Assembly: GCA_030704615.1 (NCBI GenBank)
Contig: CM060733.1
Location: 37,386,001-37,450,000 of the forward strand
DNA: 64,000 bases
Direction of reading: 5' to 3'
Source of the DNA: Takakia lepidozioides
Lineage: Eukaryota > Plantae > Bryophyta
The translations under genes and the position numbers were made by a program. Of this stretch, positions 1 through 10,500 are shown piece after piece. Positions within the stretch are counted from its first letter, which is position 1, and each line of letters begins with the position of its first letter. The notes under the pieces were generated by a model, which had not been told where the DNA came from, did not search any database, and saw nothing but the letters and a program-made list of their open reading frames with translations.

Positions 1-2306
1 GTGATAACAAAATTCTGTTCAGAACGCATCGCGAAATATGCTTTTGAGTATGCATATCTCAACAACCGCAAGACAGTGACAGCAGTGCACAAGGCCAACA
101 TTATGAAGCTCGCCGATGGCCTCTTCCTGGAGTCCTGTCGTGAGGTGGCCAAGAGGTACCCAGGGATAAAATATAATGAGGTCATTGTGGACAACTGTTG
201 TATGCAACTCGTGTCGAAGCCACAGCAATTTGATGTAATGGTATGGTACATCACTTTTCTCTGTTTGACATGTATACACATTGAACATTCCTTCTTTTGC
301 TATTTGCACTCTCCTTTGTTGTCTTAAGCTAGGCTTTGCTAAGCTAAAACCTTTTAATTCAAGTGCACAGATACGTACACAATCATATGACAGTATCCTA
401 TCTGGTCACATGAGGTGTAGTGTTCTTGTGATGGTATCAAGCCTAAACTGGACTACGAACTCCTTCCATCCAAAATGTTGTCTGTTAACATGAGGGGGAG
501 AGAGAGAAAGAGAGAGAGAGTACTTTTTGATATAACTGCGGTATCCTTGTGGCCGTAGACTCCACATTGGGTGTTCACAGAGCAAAAAGGGAGGGTCAGT
601 CCAGCTTGATAGAGCAGAGAGTGGAAAAGGAAAGAAAAATACGTCCAGTCCAGCGTATAGCCCTTTTTAATGCTCTCATGGGAGCTAATGGTTTGGTTGT
701 TATTTTCCTTTCTCTGGAATCACTCTGTCAAAGGTGGATGATTGCAGGTCACACCTAATCTGTATGGTACATTGGTGGCCAATGTAGCTGCTGGTATTGC
801 AGGAGGTACTGGTGTAATGCCTGGAGGTACAACATCTTCCCTGTTCCCCACTCCATTGTTACAGAGAGCAAACAGGAGAGATACTTTGCCCTTTGTCTGC
901 AGCCTCTGGGCTCATGTTGCACCACAACAAGGTCTAGTAAGCTCAAAATGGCCTTAGAGCTAGTGTTGCCCACAATGTGATTCTTGCTTAATTTCTCCTG
1001 CTTTAGTGCTGCATTTGCAGTACTAGTGGAGAGCAGAGAACAAGCTCAGATAGCTATTCTCAAGATGGTAGGTTGTTGTACTTGACATTTTCAGTTCATC
1101 TGCTCCAAATGTGAAGGGGCGCAAAGGGAGAATAGAGGAGAGAGAGATGAACCGCACACCATTGAGAACCTAAGGCTCAGAATTGAATCAGCTAAGAAAA
1201 TAATCCTTCAGCCATAGTTAGAGACATGAAATGGAAGAGGTCCAACATGGAAGGGCAGAAAAGGTGAGGGAGGAGGGCGGTTCAAGGAGAGCACCTCAGG
1301 GCCCACTATCTTGTGTAAACCCCTCCTGAAGCGGGGTTTACCTTGATTCTAGCAAAGATACTATAATGTTTACAGAGGGTCCAAGAGCCCATGGTACAAA
1401 CTAGAACAACAACAAAAGCCCACATGGAAATACACCAGTTGCTCCACAGCCTTGTGGCCGTAGACCCCTCTTCTGTTTGGAGCAGAAACTCCAGATCATG
1501 AATATAAAAATCTTGTCCAAATCTCTGAAGAATGAGGAGAGGATGGGAACCAGCAGGGCACTACAAATGCAGAAGCCGTACTCCAGGAGTGGATTCATCT
1601 TAGAATCCAGACCCCAAGGATGTACACAGCTTTGAGGTTGTCTTGAGCTTCTTGAAAAAACTGCAGCTACAATCTGGTTGATGCCTCCAAACAGGACCTC
1701 TCGTTGGCCTGAGTACTTACTATAATGCATCAGAAATGTTCGCTATCCTCACCTTCATCCCCACAGTCAGACACGTGGATTCTCCTCTTCCCAGCTGGGC
1801 TAACTTTTCATGGAGCCCGCACTTGAATTCTTGCACTTGGACCTAGGGGGCGAACACATTCCAATGCATCCAACTAGTTTGAAGTTGAACCTAGTGCCCA
1901 ACATGGGGAGACCCTTTAGTTTCAGTCTCTATTAGGGGAGACATTCATTCATCTCATCATCTATCACTGTCTCTTTATAGCATGCAGATGAGCTTTTTGT
2001 CTCTGATATTGTCCTTTTTCTGTATATGCAGGGAATGTGGGTGGAGAGCATGCAATATTTGAGCAGGGGGCCTCAGCAGGCAATGTGGGCAATGAGAAAT
2101 TGGTTCAACAACGGACTGCAAACCCTACTGCATTGCTGTTGTCCTCAGCTATGATGTTGCGACACCTTCAGTTTCCATCATTTGCAGACAGGGTTGAGCA
2201 AGCTGTGATGAGTGTTGTAGAAGAGGGTACTTTCCGTACCAAGGACCTGGGAGGGACCAGTAGCACACAGGATGTAGTCGATGCTGTTATTGAGAAGCTC
2301 GGCTAG
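1..2306 (+). CDS. IDH1: Mitochondrial NAD-dependent isocitrate dehydrogenase, regulatory subunit (IDH1/IDH2-like), 3' part; exons 1-240, 748-826, 2032-2306
   Basis: Spliced translation ...[22 protein letters not shown]...[18 protein letters not shown]|[26 protein letters not shown]|[20 protein letters not shown]...RTKDLGG...KLG*; GT-AG introns in compatible phase. It lacks the acidic residues of the catalytic-subunit motif (YGDIxSD), indicating a regulatory subunit. The 5' part lies outside the window. Confidence 0.93.
495..670 (-). mobile_element. Short degenerate 3' end of a LINE related to the 50181-52483 family, ending in a (TC)n tract, in IDH intron
   Basis: Minus strand reads tgtggagtctacggccacaaggataccgc...agtactctctc (CGVYGHKDT), matching the family 3' end cgcggggtcaatggccacaaggctacggc...gagtacaatctctc (RGVNGHKAT); abuts (GA)n at about 495-520. 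The 5' boundary is uncertain. Confidence 0.55.
1400..1850 (-). mobile_element. Degenerate LINE ORF2 C-terminal fragment (zinc-knuckle region plus 3' motif) in IDH intron
   Basis: With frameshift correction: [33 protein letters not shown], versus the intact copy GKGECNCPLCGQSEDSIHFLIHCPGFSHQRDALF; ends with ggggtctacggccacaaggctgtgg. Confidence 0.75.
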
Positions 2307-3029
2307 TCTCTCTCTCCCATCAGGGATGCAGTCATTGATGGGTGGCATTGTCAATTGGTGATTTGAAGTCAACTAACTTCTCAATAGCCTTGTGAGTAAT
2401 CATCCAACCTTTCAAGAGCCTGGTGAATGGATGCTTTACTGTCATGTGTAAGGGTCTAGCTTGTAGGGGACTCCATCCTTGAGGCCAATTCCTGCCAGGC
2501 CCGCCTTGGTAGGCATCAATTTGACATGCTAAAAGCTTTGGTATGGTTGCTGATGTCAATAAGGTTGTGGGATTCAAAAAATTTGAATCTTTTAACCCTG
2601 GGAGGCGTGGGCTGCCATGTAGAGGCCCAATTCTTGACCTTTCTTGGCAATGAGTTGTTGCAGACACATTGTTTGTTTACCCTCGGCCAAACTTCCAAGC
2701 ACTCTATTATGAAGATTTTGAATACCCATTGTTAAATTAAATGCAAAGGATTGAATTCTATTTGTCCTATTATAACAGTCTAGAGCTCTGTAGACAAAGC
2801 AATAGCATGTTTCCTCCTGCAGTGATATATCAAGTCCTGTTATGGTCATTGCAAGATTTTGTAACTATTGTCTTGTTCAGGAATGATATGTTCGATGTAC
2901 TACACAAGCATATAACAGGTGACAAGAGGTCGTTCAATTCTTTAAAAGAAAATCTTTACTCCCGTCCAAGCAAGTGTATGTTGGATCCACCCGTAAAACT
3001 AACACCTGCTTAAAAGAAAAATGATCATT

Positions 3030-3690
3030 GAGTAATCTGGAATTATGGTTTGTAAGGCAATATCCTCCCCACCAGGATGGGTATTCAAGTGAATTGTTTT
3101 TCCATGTTGAATGAAATTGCATGAAATACTCCACAGAATGACTATTTAGGAATTTCTGGCTGTAGTTGTGCAGCCCTGTTAAGTTTGTCTGTCCAATGGC
3201 TTCTAGAGTTTAGGAAGTAGGAATGCCATTGTTCTAAGAACTACGTTTTTATTTTAATAGTACACATGGTTATGCTCAGCTTGTAACAGATGTGAACCTA
3301 GCGGTAGTGGTTGAAGCAATACAAGCAATGGGCAACCTGGCTAGGGGCCTACGAAAGGACTTCGGTGCCGGTTCCAGACTGCTGCTCCCTCTGTTATTGG
3401 TGCGAATTTTTTCCTTTAAGAAATTTCAGTGTTTCTGCCTAGCATTTCACAATAGCTTAATGCATTTTGTTGACTGGGTTGCTCTCATTTCTGAAGGTCG
3501 TATTCGGTTTCTTTAGTATTTTACTGAAGTTGGCATCAGTTTGAACTGCTCCCTTTTTCTCTCAGGACAAACTGAAGGAAAAGAAGCAGGTTATGGCGGA
3601 GGCTTTGACACAAACACTTCAGGCTATGCACCAGGGTGGATGTATTCTCCTGGTTGATGTGGTTGAAGGCAAGTTGATATGGATATGCCT
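3030..3690 (+). pseudogene. Partial genomic duplicate of MOR1 (two TOG-region exons with their introns), copy of 11493-12163
   Basis: Near-identical to 11493-12163 including intron sequence and the GC donor; encodes LVTDVNLAVVVEAIQAMGNLARGLRKDF...LLL and DKLKEKKQVMAEALTQTLQAMHQGGCILLVDVVE; no start exon or flanking exons. Confidence 0.92.
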
Positions 3691-5552
3691 CTCCATCTGG
3701 TTAGATGCAGGTTGTGTCAGTCTTTCATAAGGTTGCAGGAAGCCCCATTTGACCATGACCCATGTTGCAGGTTATTCACATTTCTACCACCCACAGAGCT
3801 ACTGACTGCACCTTAATGACAATACCACATGACAATTGCAACACAAATGCAATGCTCCGACCTTTCACTCGTATTACTATACACACACATTCGCTACATC
3901 CTGCTTACACCAAAAATATACATGCCTCCCCCTCCCCTCCCACTACAATACGCCTATCTTATTGGCATAAATGCTTACCTCTTCCCATCACTCCTAAATT
4001 ACCATGACCAACTGCTTACCTGCCTCTTCTCAGATGTATCACACCATCAGCTAACAGGTTTACATGATAAAACAATACCCCTCCCCAACTTACATGATGT
4101 TATCCACAGAATGTGCTTGTAGATGTTGAAGCCTGATATATATTGTATGCCATGCTCTAGTGTAACATCCCTACTACCTCGGCCCACCACATTAATCAGA
4201 TCATATGACTATGCTACACACCATTTACACACTAAACGACCAATTTTATAAAAAGTACTTAATGCCAAGCACTGCATTAACAGTGGAAAAAGTCATAACA
4301 ATGGCCATAAGATCCATTGTAAGGATCTCTAACTAGCCCCCAATGTCAATATTGCTTAAGGTCTAACTCTCACCATAACCCATAGGTCACACAAAAGTAC
4401 GGCGGTGTGTGGTTAGAATAAGGAGGGTGACGGAGTAGTGAGTGAACCAGTATTGTGGTTGTGTTTCCTGACTAGTGCTTTTAGCAAATTGAACATGAGG
4501 TTTTTCGAGAGGTTTTTCGAGAGGTCTGTTGATGTACTCCCCATTTTTAGTGGGAGAAACTCTTCAGTATTGAAGTGACTGGCTTGAATATAAAGGGGGA
4601 TTTCACAGCAAGCAATGTCATCACAATATGGTGTGGTAATTGGTAGGGAAATTTCAGCAGTTGTGCATTAAAGTTAGGAAGTGTATGCTGGTAAATGAAG
4701 GCACATAGGCATATGGCATTTTAATAGTATTTGAGAAGCTGGGTACTTACTGTTGGTGCTTGGTGGTGCTTGGTTTTGAAGCTGTAGGGAAGGGCGGGAC
4801 TTGATAGTGGCAGCAAAGCCATCGTCATGACTCATGTCTACAGCCAAAAAGTTCGAAAGCTCAAAATAAATTGTGAATCCCTCAACAATTATGCACAACC
4901 CACTACAATTGCTCGACGAAACCCAACTATCTCTTGCCACCTTATATACTGGGTCATCTGCTCAACACTCAGAACAACAACACAAGCTGCTCTATCTCAA
5001 ATACCAATAACTGCTGATAACCACATACCCCTGGTCATATGCAGACACTGCTGTCGTATAGCCTTCTCCAGAAACCCAAAACGCAAGCGCCCCAATAGAA
5101 GAACAAGTCATCATGAAAATATCTCTCTACCAGAGCACTATCCACCTCCAAAATTGCACCACATACTACCCACCCAATTGGTAGTCTTCTACTATGCAAA
5201 ATGCCCTTCTACACTCTTTAGCAATACTTCAGCTAGGCTACAATAGCATCACGCACACGTCAAATTCTGTTACCATGGCAAAGAAACATGCCTAGGCACA
5301 TCTCTGCCTATACCAAGCTACGTTGTGGCTACTGACACCACCCACATCTACCTTTTTCACAGATAAGGAATATGCAAAGCATTCCTACATAGCCCCAAGA
5401 AGGCTGGACAGTGGACAGTGGACACCACAAAAAAAACCACAAATAACTAAAACAGATAATAATATAGCACACGAAGTGCATTGTGTGTTTGAGGAGTTCT
5501 TCTATCTTTTTCTACTGTCTCATAGGCCCTTTGTCAATCCACTAACACTTTG

Positions 5553-6049
5553 TCAATTCCAACTGAACCCTAGGTGATTAGCTAGGAGTATTCGCTTTGA
5601 ATTTAGGTCACCGGCCACAAGGAGGTGATAAGCCCATAGCAGCTCGTCAACGGCATCCTCCGCCAAGTCTGCACATGCAAGCTTGCAGAGAATCTCGAGG
5701 GGGCAGGTTCCCCTCCTCATCCAACACCCCATGCAAGGGGGAAGCAAACGCCAGGCCGCAGTTTACTATCCTACATAAGGTTTGTTGCTGCATTATCCCC
5801 AGCCTTTGTTCCAACTGTTGGAACCCATTGACTTGGCCGAGCTGCACTGTGTTTAGTTGCGCCTGGAACACATTCAGCATATTCTCCTGATCCTCTGCAT
5901 CTCTTGCATGCCCCCACTATGGTTGCTAGGGTCTCTAACATTTGTAAGTTATCTATTGTGGGGACCTCTTCCCCAATAGTATTGAGAGCTGCCCCTAGGA
6001 CAGGGACCTGGACTCCAACAGACTGAATGGCTGCCACTAAGCGCACCAA
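5553..6049 (-). pseudogene. Frameshifted coiled-coil protein with Mug135-like C-terminal domain
   Basis: Three overlapping minus-strand ORF pieces join to ...FQQLEQRLGIMQQQTLCRIVNCGLAFASPLHGVLDEEGNLPP..F.ASLHV.ADLAEDAVDELLWAYHLLVAGDLNSKRILLANHLG*, resembling the Mug135 C-terminal pattern (RxxN...L...GxxP...LLxxYxL...KRxxLxxxxG). By-eye match only. Confidence 0.5.
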
Positions 6050-6934
6050 TTGGTTAGCCTCCAGAAAATGCGAGGGACGGACGGAGAAGTGGGACGACCA
6101 CCCTACCCAAATTCTACTTAGTCCACATTCAGTTCACTAAGCAGTTTATAGTCTACTTATTAGTGCTAATCTGCTGAATTGAGTGTGCGGCGAGTGTGGT
6201 ATGACCAGGATTTGTGAACTGTAAGTGAGAAAGGGCCAAAGATGAGGCTCAAAGGTAAAACCTGCAGACCAGACCAGACACTGTCATGTTAAGACGATCC
6301 TTCTCCCGTAGGAACTCTCTTTCCTTCCCATGATTTCCGCAACACGCTGCAGCATATTTCTATTTCTATTAACATAGATGTAGTGCAACAGACTATCGTG
6401 ACTCACCCTTGTGTTGAAAGTCAAGTAGACTAGAAGTAAGCAGCATAGTAACAAAGGATCACTTCACAGCCTCACTTCACTGTTTCATTTCGAGCCACCA
6501 ACACCTTTCAGTGACCCACACCCTTAAGGATAGAGCATTTACCGCAAAGAGTAGGATGGTTCTGAGTGCAATCAGATATTCTGGGAATGAGGTGCGCAAG
6601 GTCCACACCACCTAATCATGCAAAACAGACCTACTTCCAACATTATGCAGCATTTGATAACATAATCCCCAACGGCAGTGAATAATTTCACAAGCAATGA
6701 GCGAAGCATGTCGCGGGCTTCAGATCCTTTGCTGTGGTGGGAGAACAGGTTTGATGAGGTGAGTTGGATTGTACCTGCAAATGTTGAAGCTATGCAGAGC
6801 TGGGGGTGGAGAAGGTAGACGCCACAGCGCGCCTGAGCCAGCAGACACTAGTTCCTTGAGGGGCGTCGTCGAAGGAAGGGAAGGTGAAGCCCTAGAGCTT
6901 CAAAATGTTTCGAATATTCTCGTTTGAACGATCC

Positions 6935-7033
6935 GCCACGTGGGTCCCGACAGACGTGACTGAAAACTCGAAAGTAAAATCACATTCAATCCACCCAATC
7001 AACGATTTTGGAGGGAAAACACACGCCACGTGG
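6935..7033 (+). promoter_or_regulatory. Pair of G-boxes in the MOR1 proximal promoter
   Basis: GCCACGTGG at 6935-6943 and 7025-7033, in a CpG-rich stretch about 480-580 bp upstream of the MOR1 ATG. Function not demonstrated. Confidence 0.4.
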
Positions 7034-7514
7034 AGCTGGCCACGGGATGGATGCAGAGACACATTCGTGCGCTCGAACTCATCCAGTTGGGTCACAAACA
7101 TGAAGAGCTGCGAGATGTCATCCTTCGTGCTCGTAGATATTTCATCCCTCCGTCTCGCACATCCCCAGTTCTGCCGAACTGTAGAGGAGGGATGCGGTTG
7201 TGGGGTGCACGAAATGTGCGAACGAGATGTGTGACTCAGTCGGGGTTTCGTCTCGCCAGGGCAAGGGCTGCGCGCATGCCCTGCTCCATCTCCCTTTCTC
7301 ATACCTTGCTGCCTCCTGAATCATCATGTCTTTTGATCTCCTTTCGCTGCACTGCTGGTAGTGGCCAGCTGTTCTTTTGGTGAAAATAAGGGTTGCAGAA
7401 GTGCATTAATCTGGGGACGCCTCTAGGAGTAGCTGTGTCTTGCTTTCCGCTGTTCTCTTTCCATGTTTCGCTTAGTTTGAACGCCAGTTTGTGGATTCCG
7501 TCCCTTTCTGCACA

Positions 7515-10500
7515 ATGTCGGAAGAGGAGAAGCTTCTCAAGGAGGCGAAGAAGCTCAACTGGGAGGACAGGCTCACTCACAAGAACTGGAAAGTCAGAAA
7601 CGAGGGAAATGTCGATCTTGCTGCCTTGTGCGACAGCATTCTGGACCCCAAAGATCCCAGACTGAAAGAATTTGGTAATATATGGTCTTTTGATCCAATC
7701 CCCTGTTTCGAGGATTTTGCAACATCTCACTCTATACAAGAACTTTGTACTTATAGATCATATGTTATTAAGTGTTCGGGTTTGCAAAGGTCACGCGGAT
7801 GAAATGTGTCTGGTTTACTACCCGGCTATGCAAGTCCGCCATGGTTGTGGGTTTCCCATGCGTTCACCTGGCTCGTTTAGGAATCCCACAGGGCTTCGTG
7901 TGAGAGCCGATTCGACTGTTGCATGATTTCCAGAGTTTTCATTCTTAGCATTATGTACAATCTAGGTGTGTACAGGCGCTCATAAGATCTGCTGTCCCTC
8001 CCAATTCTGCAGAAGCACTGGCGGCCTAGTCAGGTCGAGAAGAATGTGTTTGTAAATTGTGGCATACGTGTATCTTCTACACGTTCCCTCTTTACGCAAG
8101 GTTCTACGTTTTGAATTGTTTGGCAAGCTGCCGAAATGGGATTGTAAAATCTTGAGCTGACTGATAATGCAGCCTATAAGTCGTTCTCTTTGGTGTTTTT
8201 TGTCATGCGGACACCGACTTTGAGTATGTGCATGAAAGTGCATACATGTATTGCTTCCCTCAGCAGGCCTGGTTTCGGGTGTTCTACACAGGGCCTCTAT
8301 TCAAGAAAGCAGTTGCGGATCCCAATGCACCCACCCAGGAGAAGGCATTAGATGCCTTGATCGCCTATCTAAGAGCAGCTGATGTGGATGCTGGCAGGTA
8401 TGCTCGCAGAACCCTCTCAACATCATCATGCCAATGTCACAGAAGGCTCTTCATGTACTTCCGAGATACAGTACATCAGCTTTTCTGCTCTAAAAGGCTG
8501 CATAGGCACACCATGATATGCATTGGTTTGGAGTCTGATTTGAATTAATCAGGGGAGAATTGAGGATGTCACACACCTCCAAATCTACAATCCGTCCAGA
8601 AACTTGCAGAAGTGTGTGAGAGTGTCTGCACCTCAATCCATTTGTGGAATTTTCTAGTTTTTGTCCTCCCCTCAAAAACAGAAGGTGTTTCTCCATCTTT
8701 TCCTCGAGATGGTAGGCTTGAAAGTGTTGAGTTTGGTCTGGATATCTTGAGAGAGCAGAGAGACATTCAGGGCTTGACAGTAAGCAATTTTGATGTCAAA
8801 AGTCTCCCTCTCTTTGTGATTGTGGTCCTTCCTCTTGCTGTAACATTCTGCCCACTGATTGGAGGTCATTTGTGCTTCCTTTTCAGCTACACACCATGAT
8901 GTTGTCATTGGCAGGTATGGGAAGGAAATATGTGATGCTGTGGTTTCCAAGTGCCTCACTGGTCGGCCAAAGACATTGGAGAAGGCTCAGACTGTTTTCC
9001 TGCTTTGGGTAGAACTTGAAGCTGCAGACGCTTTTTTGGTGTGCACCCTCCCTCTCTTTCAACTATCCTTGGGCATTGGATTGTTGATATATGAATATAA
9101 TTCCTTCAATTCAAAACAGAACCCCATGTGTTCTGATCAGGTTTGGAGGCTTCCGTGAGCTTTTTCTTAAAATTTCTGGAGAAGAGACATCCAAGTAGCG
9201 GAAGACTCTGATAATGCAAAATGCGGGTTGTAGCACTGCCAAATTCACTGCTGCTAAGGCTCATGAGGTTAAACCAAGATCTGTTTGAGATGCTCTCCCT
9301 TTAAAAACATTCACACCATTTCCTAGAGGTGGCAATGTGCTGCTTATAGGTATTGTGTACGCTGTTTGAGTTTCAGTCTACTTGTAGCTGCAACCAATTT
9401 GCTATACATCATTGGGGTTTGCGATTTGAACAAAATTACACATTCTACCCAACTGCATAGGTGATTAACAGTTGCAGCATTGCTTGCAGAGTGTCTACAT
9501 GCATTATATGTTTACCTAGGATGCACATGGTCAACGGGTAGGCTTATTCATACATGTGACAGACACATGGCACATGAGTGGTGCCAATTGCCTTGAAGGA
9601 GTGTCAGTCAAAATCCGTTTGATGTAGTTAGTAAATGTGTGTCTCATCTCGTGGGATATCCAGAGAAATATTGCTCCTGTGGTTGTTGACCAGGAAAGAG
9701 GCTGACATTTTACTGGCTTTAGGATGCCATGGAGAAAGCCATAAAAGCTAAATTGGCCAAGGCAGTGGTTCCGGCTATTGATGCGATGTACCAGGCTGTC
9801 AGGTATATGTCTATGAATGTTTGACTATTGGGATTGGCTATCTTGATATGGTGATAGCCTATTTTGACAAGAGGATTTTGATTTGCTATTGGGAGTGCCA
9901 AGTGGTTTATATTTGATCTGATGTCCTATGCTTTTGTCTTCTGCAATATTCCCAGTGCTTTTGGGACTAAAGTCGTTCCTCCAAAGCGAATACTGAAGAT
10001 GCTTCCGGAACTTTTCGATCATCAAGACCAGAATGTGAGAGCCTCTGCCAAAGGCCTGACAATCGAGCTGTGTCGGTGGATTGGGAAAGATGCAGTCAAG
10101 TCCATTCTATTTGACAAAATGCGGGACACGATGGTATGTTCCTTGATTGGTGTCCCTGTTGGATTTGAGGTCCTCTTTCATCAAATTGGGTTATAGGCGT
10201 ATTGGTAGTCTGTAAAGGATTTGCCAATGGCATTCCTGGCAGCTGTCACTGCAATTTTGGACTTTTGTCCTCTATCCTCTGTGACTTTTAGCATTTTCTT
10301 GGATTGTATGGTGGATGAATTTGCAGAAAAAAGAGCTGGAGATGGAAGTGGATAATGTTGTTGGCACTTCTAAACCAACCCGGAAAATCAGGTGCTCATA
10401 TAGGATCTGCTCTCCTTTAGCATCAGATGAGATCATGTCAATGTTCACTGAAACCTCTGTAATTGAGAGGTCAGATTTGGCATCATACCTGGTCATTTTT

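Noticed and set aside
549-560. 5S rRNA-like start GTCTACGGCCA on the minus strand
   Set aside because: Only an 11-nt match with no internal promoter boxes; explained by the LINE 3' motif.
1314-1352. Helitron 3' end (9-bp hairpin followed by CTAG)
   Set aside because: CTAG is followed by C rather than T, and no 5' TC end or second copy is visible.
3740-5330. Protein-coding ORFs in the C/A-skewed region
   Set aside because: No recognisable domain. The strand-switching compositional skew suggests decayed retroelement fragments, too weak to call.
5613-5622. Another copy of the LINE 3' motif GGCCACAAGG
   Set aside because: It is the antisense of codons within LLVAG in the Mug135-like relic; there is no flanking LINE similarity or tail.
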